64,000 bases of DNA from Candidatus Eiseniibacteriota bacterium. Its GTDB lineage: Bacteria > Eisenbacteria > RBG-16-71-46 > CAIMUX01 > VGJL01. Shown piece by piece: positions 47,259 to 56,724 of the stretch. The DNA lies in contig CAWBWI010000001.1 of NCBI GenBank assembly GCA_963792585.1, positions 192,001-256,000 of the forward strand, read 5' to 3'. The notes beneath the pieces were generated by a model. It was not told where the DNA came from. It ran no database searches and saw only the letters and a program-made list of their open reading frames with translations. The translations under genes and the position numbers were made by a program. Position 1 is the first letter of the stretch. Every line of letters starts with the position of its first letter.

Positions 47259-48452
47259 ATGGCGCACTTCAAGTACCTGATTATCGGTGCGGGCATGACG
47301 GCCGACGCAGCCGCGCACGGCATTCGAGAAGTGGACCCCGAAGGTTCGATCGGCATGATCGGGGCGGAGCCGGATCCGCCGTACAACCGCCCGCCACTGT
47401 CGAAGGGTCTCTGGAAAGGGGACCCCATCGACGGAATCTGGCGCGATCCCAGGGAACTCGGGGTCGAGCTCTCCCTCGGTGTCGAAGCGCGCGCACTCGA
47501 TCCCGTATCCAAGCAGGTCACGGATGATCGGGGATCGCACTACTCCTACGACCGACTGCTCATCGCGACGGGCGGGACCCCTCGGCGGCTCTCCTTCGGC
47601 GGGGATCGGATCATCTACTTCCGGACGATCGAGGATTACCGACGCCTACGCCTTCTGGTGGACGGGGGGCGAAAGATCGCGGTTCTGGGCGGCGGCTTCA
47701 TCGGCTCCGAGATCGCCGCCGGTCTGGCGATGAGCGGCGCGCGGGTCGTGATGATCTTCCCCGACCCGACCGTTTGTTCCCGCGTATTCCCGGGCGACCT
47801 CGGTGAGTTCATGAACGACGTCTACCGGGAGAAGGGGGTCGAGCTTCTCTCGGAGGAGTCGGTTCAAGGAGTTGAAGAAGCGGGGCCGGAGCTCTCGATC
47901 GAGCTCCAGGGCCGACGGACCTCGACGACGAGAAGACTCGCCGTCGATGAGATGGTGGCGGGCATCGGGATCCGGCCGAACGCGGGCCTCGCCGAGGCGG
48001 CGGGGCTGAAGGTCGGCGACGGGATCGAGGTGGACGAGCAGCTCCGAACCAGCGCGCCCGAGATCTACGCAGCCGGGGACGTGGCCCTCTTCTGGAGTCC
48101 TGAGCTTGGTAAGTGGATGCGCGCCGAACACGAGGACAACGCGAATACGATGGGCCGCACCGCCGGACGAAACATGGCCGGCGAGGCGGAGCCGTATCGG
48201 CACCTTCCGTCCTTCTACTCCGACCTCTTCGAGTTCGGCTACGAGGCGGTGGGGGAGCTGGATGCCCGGATGCGGGTGGTCTCCGATTGGAAGGAGCCGC
48301 ATCGCGAAGGCGTTCTCTACTACCTTCGAGATGAGCGCGTGCGCGGCGTCCTGCTCTGGAACGTCTGGGGGCAGATCGATGCCGCGCGGCGGCTGATCGC
48401 GAGCCCGGGTCCGATCCGGGCCGAGGATCTCAAGGGGCGGCTGCCCGCCTAG
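47259..48452 (+). CDS. FAD-dependent pyridine nucleotide oxidoreductase (ferredoxin reductase/AIF-like)
   Basis: IIGAG, PYNRPPLSK, IATG, GGGFIGSE, YAAGD, FYSD. Confidence 0.9.
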   Translation: MAHFKYLIIGAGMTADAAAHGIREVDPEGSIGMIGAEPDPPYNRPPLSKGLWKGDPIDGIWRDPRELGVELSLGVEARALDPVSKQVTDDRGSHYSYDRLLIATGGTPRRLSFGGDRIIYFRTIEDYRRLRLLVDGGRKIAVLGGGFIGSEIAAGLAMSGARVVMIFPDPTVCSRVFPGDLGEFMNDVYREKGVELLSEESVQGVEEAGPELSIELQGRRTSTTRRLAVDEMVAGIGIRPNAGLAEAAGLKVGDGIEVDEQLRTSAPEIYAAGDVALFWSPELGKWMRAEHEDNANTMGRTAGRNMAGEAEPYRHLPSFYSDLFEFGYEAVGELDARMRVVSDWKEPHREGVLYYLRDERVRGVLLWNVWGQIDAARRLIASPGPIRAEDLKGRLPA

Positions 48453-48492
48453 ACGGAATTCGGGAACCCGATGAAGGGTCGACGACGCCCCG

Positions 48493-48930
48493 CTATCGGT
48501 AAAGGCTGCGGACGCGACCCCAGGTCGTCGGAAGCGTCGGGGTGAGGACCTCGATCCGGGCGACTCCAAGTGCCGCCCCTAGGATTCCGCCGATTCCCCC
48601 CCGAACCATGAAGGCGGTTCCTTCAAGGTGGACGCGCTTGCCCAGGAGAGACTCCCAGTCCGTTTCGATGGAGCAGTCACGCGTGATGTCCCAAGCGCGA
48701 ATGCCGGGGTCGGGAGAGATCCGATACTCCCCCCAACAATCGGCGCATCCTCGGCCGAGAACGCCCGTGACGGCGATGGGTCCATTGTCGGGAGAGACGA
48801 TGCAGGGCTCCTCCCATCCTCCGGGAGGATTGTCGGCGCGTGCGGGACCGCCGGCTCCGGCGGGTACGACCGCAATCCACACGACCACGAGAGCGGCGGA
48901 GGACCGGATCGGCAGAGACCGGATTCTCAC
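48493..48930 (-). CDS. Small secreted protein with TTWG tail
   Basis: GGAGG RBS + GTG at 48930, signal peptide, ends TPTLPTTWGRVRSLYR. Confidence 0.7.
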   Translation of the reverse strand: MRIRSLPIRSSAALVVVWIAVVPAGAGGPARADNPPGGWEEPCIVSPDNGPIAVTGVLGRGCADCWGEYRISPDPGIRAWDITRDCSIETDWESLLGKRVHLEGTAFMVRGGIGGILGAALGVARIEVLTPTLPTTWGRVRSLYR

Positions 48931-49126
48931 GACAGCACCTCCGAGTGAGCGCCGTCTCCGAACCCCGTGCGGAGGCTGCTGAGTCACCACTGAGGAGACA
49001 CCCGAGGCGATGCGAGGTCAACGGGAAGCTTCGACGATGAACCCTCCGGCGGATCCCGGACGACCTTCCACCGTGGAATGATCGATCGGGTCTGCTATCA
49101 TGGATGCAGCCGAACTGGGGGGTTCC

Positions 49127-50302
49127 ATGACCAACGCGCTTCGCTCCGGGCTCTTCCTCCTTCTCATCTGCTTCGCGGTCGCCCCGCAATCCCGGGCCTG
49201 TCGCTTCTGGGGCCTCGTCGGCACCGAATATCCGGAGGCCATGGTCTCCGACCAACTCCGGGACGGCACGATGATGACTCTCCGCGAACTCGGCGGGATC
49301 AACCGCGACGGCTGGGGGTTCGGTTTCTTCCTCCCCTCGGGGAGCGCGGTCCCGCTGAGCGGGCCGATCATCCGCCGCGGCGGGCCGCCGGCGAACCACG
49401 CGAACGATCCGGACTTCGGACTCGCGGTCGACGAAATGACCGCGGTTCGGCCCCGCGCCGCAATCGGGCACGTCCGGGCGGGAACTTCCGGTCACTGGGG
49501 GATCCCCAATCCCCATCCGTTCTTCCAGGAAGGGCTCCTCTTCGCCCACAACGGCGCGGTTTCGGAGGAACGGATGGCGGAGTTGCTCACCTCGGGCGAT
49601 CCGAACTACCTCGAGGACCACCCGCCGGACTATGTGAGCGGGAACATCGACTCCGAGCTCTACTTCCTCTATCTCCTCCAGTATCACCACGCGCATCCCA
49701 AGCTCTCTCTCGCGGAGGCCATCCGGCGGGCGATCACGCAGATCGAGGAAGTCGCGGGGTTCAATCGCCTGAACTTCGTGATGACCGCAGGCGACACCCT
49801 CTACGCGGTGCGCTGCGCCCCCTACGATGCGGGAGACGCGGTCCGATTCTATCCTGCGGTGGCCGCCACCTCTCCATACTGGGTCGCGGCATCCCAAGTC
49901 ATTGGCTCCGACGACGCGGGCTGGGGGACGATTCCGGCGCGCACGCTCGCTCTCTTCGTTCCCGGGCACGCCCCGCGCTTCATCGCGGTCGACGGCGATA
50001 CGACGCCGATCCCCGATCCCGAGATCGCGAGCGCGCCACCGGCGCATCCGAATCCGATGAAGCTGCGCCTCGCCGTTCCAATCTCCGTCCCCGCGAGCGG
50101 CGCGAGCGTGACCGTCGAGATCTGGGATGCGCAGGGCCGCGAGGTCTTCCGGGCCGGCCCCACATGGACCGAGGCGGGGCCGGCCGAGGTCGTCTGGGAC
50201 GGCCGCGATCGACGGGGAATCGACGTCGCGAGCGGCTCCTATTTCTGTCGCATCTGGGTTGCCGGGGAGGCCCGCGAGCAGCGAATCACGGTCATTCGGT
50301 AG
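49127..50302 (+). CDS. Secreted class II glutamine amidotransferase-like (EgtC/YafJ-type Ntn hydrolase) with FlgD-Ig CTD
   Basis: Signal peptide ending SRA then CRFWG; NRDGWG, HVRAGT, NPHPF, FAHNG, DSE; C-terminal WDGRD...SGSYF. Confidence 0.85.
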   Translation: MTNALRSGLFLLLICFAVAPQSRACRFWGLVGTEYPEAMVSDQLRDGTMMTLRELGGINRDGWGFGFFLPSGSAVPLSGPIIRRGGPPANHANDPDFGLAVDEMTAVRPRAAIGHVRAGTSGHWGIPNPHPFFQEGLLFAHNGAVSEERMAELLTSGDPNYLEDHPPDYVSGNIDSELYFLYLLQYHHAHPKLSLAEAIRRAITQIEEVAGFNRLNFVMTAGDTLYAVRCAPYDAGDAVRFYPAVAATSPYWVAASQVIGSDDAGWGTIPARTLALFVPGHAPRFIAVDGDTTPIPDPEIASAPPAHPNPMKLRLAVPISVPASGASVTVEIWDAQGREVFRAGPTWTEAGPAEVVWDGRDRRGIDVASGSYFCRIWVAGEAREQRITVIR

Positions 50303-50308
50303 GCATCC

Positions 50309-50875
50309 TCAGCGATTCGCTTCCTCGAGGATCATGGCCTTCAACGAGTCGTAGTTCGCGGACGTCTGGAGATTGTGCTGGGTCAGATTGTAGACGCCCA
50401 CACGCCGATTCTGCGCGTCGAGGATCACGACGTCACGCCATGTCACATCCCAGGTCGTCCAGCATGGCTGGCTCTCGGTCTCCTGCAGCCAGGGGATCGT
50501 CCGGCTCTGCGTCACCCCGCCGTTGCCCGATTCCTGTCCAATCTGGTTGACCCCGAATATCCGGACCTGCATATGCGGATTGGCGGCGTCGATCTCCGCC
50601 TGCATCTGGTTCAAGTAGCCGAACTGGCTACTGCAGTAGCCTCAGGTGGAGTGGCCGAAGTACCAGCAAGAGACCCGGCCGACGAATTGACGGGGGGATA
50701 CGATCTCCCCATGCGTGGCCGAGTTTGGATTCACGTCCTCGAGGGCGAAGTCGGGCATCAGGGGGCCAAGGCCCGGATCCTCCGGCTTCGTGCTCTTCTT
50801 GTCGCCACAGCCGGCAAGCAAGAAGATGCCCAGGGCCAGGACGGCAAGGGAACGGGGACGTCGTATGGTCGCCAC
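50309..50875 (-). CDS. Thioredoxin-fold (redoxin) lipoprotein, probable selenoprotein with UxxC
   Basis: AAGGAGG RBS + GTG, lipobox LAGC, PDFALED. The in-frame TGA at 50644-50642 gives WYFGHST-U-GYC, and the frame continues to 50309. Confidence 0.82.
50613..50641 (-). promoter_or_regulatory. Candidate bacterial SECIS stem-loop
   Basis: AGTAGCC-AGTTC-GGCTACT hairpin starting about 10 nt after the UGA, with G in the apical loop. Confidence 0.55.
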
Positions 50876-51112
50876 GTGCGATCCTCCTTTCCAAACAAAC
50901 TCGGGAGGATACCGCGCGGGACCCTTGGTTGGGTAGGGGGTCGTGGAGCCGGCCCCTTCCCCCCTGCGATCGCGCCCGTGGGGCGTGCCGGCAGGGGGCG
51001 AAGCCGCAGGACGTTGCGCCGCCCCCAGCCCCTCCCGTAGGATCCTGCCAGCCCTTCCGGGCTGGGGGACATCTGTGGGCCGGCGCGGGAACGACAAGGG
51101 AGCGAGGCTTTC

Positions 51113-51757
51113 TTGGAGCGCTGGCTGCGTGTGAGCTTTCCGAAGGCGCGGTGGGAGACGCCGGGGGATGCCCTCGGCGTATTGACCCACCGCGTTCGCC
51201 TTCCCGGCCACGGGGTCGGCTTGCCGGAAGACGCGCTCTTTCTCGATCTCGAGACGCTCGGATTCGTGGGGCGGCCTCTCTTCCTGATCGGATTGCTCGT
51301 GCCGGCCGGGGGGCGGGATGCGGACCTCGTGCAACTTCTCGCCCGCGACTACGCCGAGGAGGAGGAGACGATCCGCTACTTCGCCGGCCAGTATGCCTCT
51401 CGCCCCACCTGGGTCACGTACAACGGCAAGAGCTTCGACGTGCCGTGCCTGCACTTGCGATGCGCCCACCACCGAGTGCGCAAGCCGGCGCCGGAGACCC
51501 ACGTCGACCTGCTCCACGTCGCACGCCGCCACTTCCGCGGCGTCTTCCCCGACTGCCGGTTGAAGACACTCGAAGACCGCGTATGCGGCCGACGGCGGAT
51601 CGACGATCTGGAGGGTTCCCAGGTGCCCAACGCCTATCATCGGTTCGTGCGCGAGGGCGATCCGAGCTGGCTCGAGCCGATCCTGCGTCACAACAGGGAT
51701 GATCTGGTGACGCTTGCGCAACTCTTCGTGACATTCGCGGAAATGGAGGAATCTTGA
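51113..51757 (+). CDS. YprB/MrfB-like RNase H-fold exonuclease
   Basis: FLDLETLG, TYNGKSFD, HVDLL, HNRDD; start uncertain. Confidence 0.85.
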   Translation: MERWLRVSFPKARWETPGDALGVLTHRVRLPGHGVGLPEDALFLDLETLGFVGRPLFLIGLLVPAGGRDADLVQLLARDYAEEEETIRYFAGQYASRPTWVTYNGKSFDVPCLHLRCAHHRVRKPAPETHVDLLHVARRHFRGVFPDCRLKTLEDRVCGRRRIDDLEGSQVPNAYHRFVREGDPSWLEPILRHNRDDLVTLAQLFVTFAEMEES

Positions 51758-54313
51758 AGCGCCGCAGGAAGCCCGAAGTGACCGATCTGCTGGGCCGCGT
51801 CCTCGCACTCGCCTCCGATGAGGGACAGGCGGTCCACGTTCACGAGATCCCGCCGCGGGAGCCGCGGACGACGGCGCCGAGGCAGCCTCTCTCTCCCTCG
51901 ATGCTCGCGGCGCTCGAGACGATGGGGATCGGCGAGCTCTACACCCATCAGGCGCGTGCGATCGATCTGATCCGCGACGGAAAGGACGTCGTCATCGTCA
52001 CCGGGACGGCGAGCGGCAAGACCCTTTGCTACAACATCCCGGTCCTCGAGACGATCGCGACCCATCCCGACGCTCGGGCCCTCTATCTATTTCCCACGAA
52101 AGCGCTCGCGCAGGACCAGCTCCGGACCCTGCGGCGCTTCCAGCGCCCGGATGACGGACGCGGAAGCGGTCGACGAAGATCTCGGGGCGCCGGGTCCCTT
52201 CGATTTCCATGCGGGGACCTACGATGGCGACACGCCGCAGGCCCTTCGGACACAGCTGCGCGAGCGGGCGCGCATCCTGCTCACGAATCCCGACATGCTC
52301 CACAGCGGGATCCTGCCGAACCACGCCCGATGGGCGGAGTTCTTCGGCCGGCTGTCCTACATCGTGGCCGATGAGATCCACGTCTACCGCGGGATCTTCG
52401 GCTCCCATACCGCGAATGTCCTTCGGCGCTGCCTGCGGATCGCGGAGCACTACGGTGCGCGCCCCCAGGTGATTCTCGCCTCGGCGACCATCGCCAATCC
52501 GGGCGAGCTCGCCCAGCGGCTGACCGGCCGCGAGGTCGTGACGATCGACGAGGATGGCTCGCCGCGCGGCCGTAAGCACTTCCTCTTCTGGAATCCGCCG
52601 CGCATCGACGCGGCGGGGCTCGAACGGCGCTCGTCGAATCTCGAGGCGCGGAACCTGTTCGTCTCCCTCCTGCGCGGCGGTTACCAGGTCATCGCCTTCG
52701 TCCGAGCCCGGCTGCTGACCGAAGTCCTCTTGCGCTACTGCCAGGAAGAGCTGCGGCGCGACGGCGGCGGGCTCGCGAAGAAGGTCCGCGCCTACCGGGG
52801 CGGCTATTTGCCCGAGGAGCGGCGGGCGATCGAACATGCGCTCTTCGAGGGAGAGCTGCGCGGGGTGATCTCGACGAATGCCCTGGAACTCGGCATCGAC
52901 GTCGGCGGACTCGACGCGGCGGTCCTCGTCGGCTTCCCGGGCACGATCGCCTCGACCTGGCAGCAGGCGGGTCGCGCCGGACGTCGGGAGGACGAGTCGG
53001 TCGCGATTCTGGTCGGCCACAATCTGCCGATCGACCAGTACCTGATGCGGCATCCGCAGTACTTCTTCGAGAGGACGCCGGAGCACGCGGTCGTCGATCC
53101 GCAGAATCCTCACATCCTCCTCTCGCACCTGCGGTGCGCGATCTTCGAGCTGCCCTTGCGCCGACAGGAGGAGCGGGAGTGGGGGGAGTACGCGCCGGCC
53201 ATCCTCGACCTCCTGTCGGAACACGGTGAGGCGAAGGAGGTCAAGGGGCGCTGGTACTACACGAAGGAAGGGTATCCGGCCGCGGGGGTTTCCCTGCGTA
53301 ACACGGCGGAGAACGTCTACACCATCATCGAGACCAACCGCCCCGACGGGAACCGGGTGATCGGCACGATCGACGAGCCGTCGGCGTTTCCTCAAGTCCA
53401 CCCCCAGGCGATCTACATGCACGATGCCGAGACCTATCTGGTCGACATCCTGAACGTCGATGAGAAGGTCGCTTACGTCCACCGGGCCGACGTCGACTAC
53501 TACACGCAGGCAATGTCGGACAGCCACATCCAGGTCGTGCGCACCGACCTCGAGCGCCGCCTGTTCGACAACGAGCTCGGCTTCGGAGACGTGAACGTCC
53601 ACTCGAAGGTCTGCATGTTCAAGAAGATCAAGTTCGGCAGCCGCGACTCGATCGGCTACGGGAATCTCGAGCTCCCCAGCCAGACCCTCGAGACCAGCGG
53701 CTCCTGGATCGCCCCATCACTCGAGGTGCTGACGAAGGTGACGCGCTACGGCCGGGTGCCCGCCGAAGGGCTCTGGGGGATTGCGAACGTCTTGCCCGAT
53801 GTCGTCTCGCTATTCGCGATGTGCGATCCGGCCGACATCGGGACCGTGGTCGACTCCAAGAACGTCGGGGTCCCCGCGATCTTTCTCTACGACAAGTACC
53901 CGGGCGGGCTCGGTTTCGCGCAGAAGGCATACCACATGATGGAGGATGTCCTCGAGGCGGCGTGCGACCTGATCCATGATTGCAGTTGCGAGGACGGTTG
54001 TCCCTCCTGCGTGGGGGCGCCGCTGCCCCCGCAGATGCAGCAGGATCCCGATTTGATGGGAAAGGGGAGAATCCCCGACCGGGAGGCCGCGCTCGTCATG
54101 CTCCACGCGCTGCTGGGCAAGCCGGACTATGTGCCCAAGGCGCCCGCCGATGCGGCGCGGATGGCGCGCGTGGCTGCGGAACAGGCGAAGGTTTCGAAGC
54201 AGCACGCGGCCCACGCGGAGGAGGATCTCCCTCTGCCCCCCCGCGTGGTGACCCCGCTGCCCGAGGACCTCGCGGCGCGGCTGCGGCGGAGGTTGGGGGC
54301 CAAGACAGCCTGA
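51754..54313 (+). CDS. MrfA-like DEAD/DEAH helicase with DUF1998 Zn domain; +1 frameshift near 52141
   Basis: TASGKT and PTKALAQDQ in the first frame; TNPDML, DEIH, SAT, LELGIDVG, QQAGRAGR, CSCEDGCPSC in the second. Confidence 0.88.
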
Positions 54314-54406
54314 GCAGGACGGGTTAGAATCATCCGTTCGGCCGTGCGACCGGAGACTGCGCCGACCGGGGACCGCGCCGACTGGCGCATGACCCGAGAG
54401 GGGAAC

Positions 54407-54868
54407 ATGAACGCAAGCGTGCATTCGATCCACATCGCGCCCAAAGGGGAAGCGAAGCTCGACACGGTGCCGGAGGCGCGGGCCGTCGCGGGCCGGGGGC
54501 TGGAAGGGGACCGCTATTTCAACGTGAGCGGAACCTACTCGAAACACGACGGCCCGGACCGTGAGGTGACGTTGATCGAGATCGAGGCGCTCGAAGGACT
54601 GCGCAACGAGTACGGAATCGACCTCGCTCCGGAGGAGACCCGCAGGAACATCGTCACCCGCGGCGTGGCGCTGAATCACCTCGTCGGCCGCGAGTTCCAG
54701 GTGGGGGATGCGGTGTTCCGGGGAATCCGGCTCTGCGAGCCATGCGGTCATCTCGAGAAGATGAGCGGCAAGCCGGCGCGTGCGGGTCTCGTGCACCGTG
54801 GGGGCCTACGGGCCCAGATCGTGCGGGACGGGATGGTCCGATCGGGCGATCCGATCACGGCCGCGTAG
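54407..54868 (+). CDS. MOSC domain protein
   Basis: GLEGDRY, RRNIVT, CEPC, GGLRA...GD. Confidence 0.9.
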   Translation: MNASVHSIHIAPKGEAKLDTVPEARAVAGRGLEGDRYFNVSGTYSKHDGPDREVTLIEIEALEGLRNEYGIDLAPEETRRNIVTRGVALNHLVGREFQVGDAVFRGIRLCEPCGHLEKMSGKPARAGLVHRGGLRAQIVRDGMVRSGDPITAA

Positions 54869-54877
54869 CGGAAGAGC

Positions 54878-55924
54878 CTATCGCTGCTTTCTTGCCGCAG
54901 GCTCGATCTCGACGAGCCCATCGCCCATCCCCTCCATCCAATAGCCGCGCGCCATGCGTGGCGTATTGAAGGCGAAGCCGGGGCTGCCGTCGGGGCCGAG
55001 CAGGATCACGCCGCCCGCGCCCGCGACGCGCCGTCCATAGGCTTCGACCGCGGCCCGCGCGGCCCGCGCCGCGGGTGTGCCCGCCACGCCGCGGGGGACC
55101 GGCCCCCAGGTGATCCGCTCCAGCGCGATCGGCGGTTGGGCCGTGGAACGAGGCGCCCGGGTGCGCCATTCGATCGTGACGGTGTCGATCTCGTGCACGG
55201 CGCGGAACGCGAGCAGCTCGCGCAGGATCGACTCGCCCCATCCCGTGGCGCTCGCCGCTCCCAGGCCGGCCTCGGCCCAGGTCCCAGCTCCCAGCACCGG
55301 GCTGTCGCCGACGCGTCCCGCAAGGGTATAGGGTGCGCCCCCCGTGGACGTGGCGGCCGCGAGGCGGCCGCGAGCATCGCAGCAGACCGCGCCCACCGTG
55401 TCGCTGGGCTGGTCCAGAATATCCGGCGGGAGCGTCCCGTCGAACGGCTGCCGGGTCTTGTACTCCTCGAGGCGCCGGAGATGCTCGAAGCGTCGGCGCT
55501 CCCGATCGAGGATCAAGTCTTCCTGCGGGCATGCGGGAATCCCGATCTCGCGGGCGAAGCGTGACGCTCCCTCGCCGGCGAGCATCACCGCCCGCCCGTC
55601 GTCGAGAATTGCGCGGGCGAGGCGGATCGGGTTCGCGACATCGGTCACGCAAAGACAGGCTCCGGCGCGCATCGTATCGCCGTCCATCACGGACGCGTCC
55701 ATCTCGATCCGTCCTTCCCGGTTCAGCACGGAGCCCTTGCCGGCATCGAAGGTCGGATCGTCCTCCAGAACGACGATCGTCTCGACCACGACGTCGAGCG
55801 CCGGCGCGCCGGAACGAAGCAACTCCGCCCCCCGCGCGAGCGCGCGCCCGATCCCGGCGAGATGGGCGTCGACCTCATCGTTCGGGATCTGCCAGGCTCC
55901 GCCGTGCACGATCAGACTCTGCAT
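54878..55924 (-). CDS. iaaA: Isoaspartyl peptidase/L-asparaginase (Ntn)
   Basis: IVHGGA, LEDDPTFDAG, EMDASVMDG, DTVGAV, TSTGG, GRVGDSP. Confidence 0.9.
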   Translation of the reverse strand: MQSLIVHGGAWQIPNDEVDAHLAGIGRALARGAELLRSGAPALDVVVETIVVLEDDPTFDAGKGSVLNREGRIEMDASVMDGDTMRAGACLCVTDVANPIRLARAILDDGRAVMLAGEGASRFAREIGIPACPQEDLILDRERRRFEHLRRLEEYKTRQPFDGTLPPDILDQPSDTVGAVCCDARGRLAAATSTGGAPYTLAGRVGDSPVLGAGTWAEAGLGAASATGWGESILRELLAFRAVHEIDTVTIEWRTRAPRSTAQPPIALERITWGPVPRGVAGTPAARAARAAVEAYGRRVAGAGGVILLGPDGSPGFAFNTPRMARGYWMEGMGDGLVEIEPAARKQR

Positions 55925-56004
55925 CGATCCTCCACGCATCCCGCAGCCGATGTTATACTGCCGTCGTTCCGATGGCCCTGCAACCCCGAGCGGAGGGTAC
56001 GACG

Positions 56005-56721
56005 ATGACCACAGGCATTCACCAGATCATCGACCGGCAGATCCGACGCTGGGAAGTGGAGGCGCGCGCCCGAAGGGAACTCGTCGCGGAGAGACCGGGC
56101 CAGCCGGCGCCGCTCCTGCCGTGGGTCGCCATCTCGCGGGCCTTCGGTTCCGGCGGCGGGGAGATCGCCCAGCGGCTCGCGGCGAGGCTCAATTACCCGA
56201 TCGTCGACAAGGAAATCCTCGAGGTGCTCGTGCAGGAGGGACACCTTCGCGAGGCTGTCGTCGAGGCGCTCGACGAGCGCGACCGCTCCTCCCTCGACGT
56301 CTGGGTCGATGGGATTCTGCGTGGCAAGTTGCAGGACAAGGACGATTACCTCCGCACCCTGGTCCGCGTGATCGGGGGGATCGCGATACACGGCCACTCG
56401 ATCATCATCGGCCGAGGAGCGAACTTCATTCTCGATCCGACGCGCGGGCTGAATGCGCGTATCGTCGCCCCGCTCCCGCAGCGGATCGAGACGATCACCC
56501 GCATCCGCGGCCTCGAAGAGGCGGAGGCGGCGAAGCTCGTCGAGAAGATCGACGGGGATCGCGGCGCCTTCATCCGGCGCCACTTCCACCGGGACATCGA
56601 GGACCCGCTCGCCTATGACCTGATCATCAACACCGCGGGGCTCGGCATGGATCTCGCGGTGGACCTGATCGAGCGATCCTTCCGGCAGAAGCTCTCCGCG
56701 CTTCCGAACGTTCGCTTCTAG
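56005..56721 (+). CDS. Cytidylate kinase-like family protein
   Basis: ISRAFGSGG, IIGRGANFIL, YDLIINT. Confidence 0.88.
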   Translation: MTTGIHQIIDRQIRRWEVEARARRELVAERPGQPAPLLPWVAISRAFGSGGGEIAQRLAARLNYPIVDKEILEVLVQEGHLREAVVEALDERDRSSLDVWVDGILRGKLQDKDDYLRTLVRVIGGIAIHGHSIIIGRGANFILDPTRGLNARIVAPLPQRIETITRIRGLEEAEAAKLVEKIDGDRGAFIRRHFHRDIEDPLAYDLIINTAGLGMDLAVDLIERSFRQKLSALPNVRF

Positions 56722-56724
56722 CCC

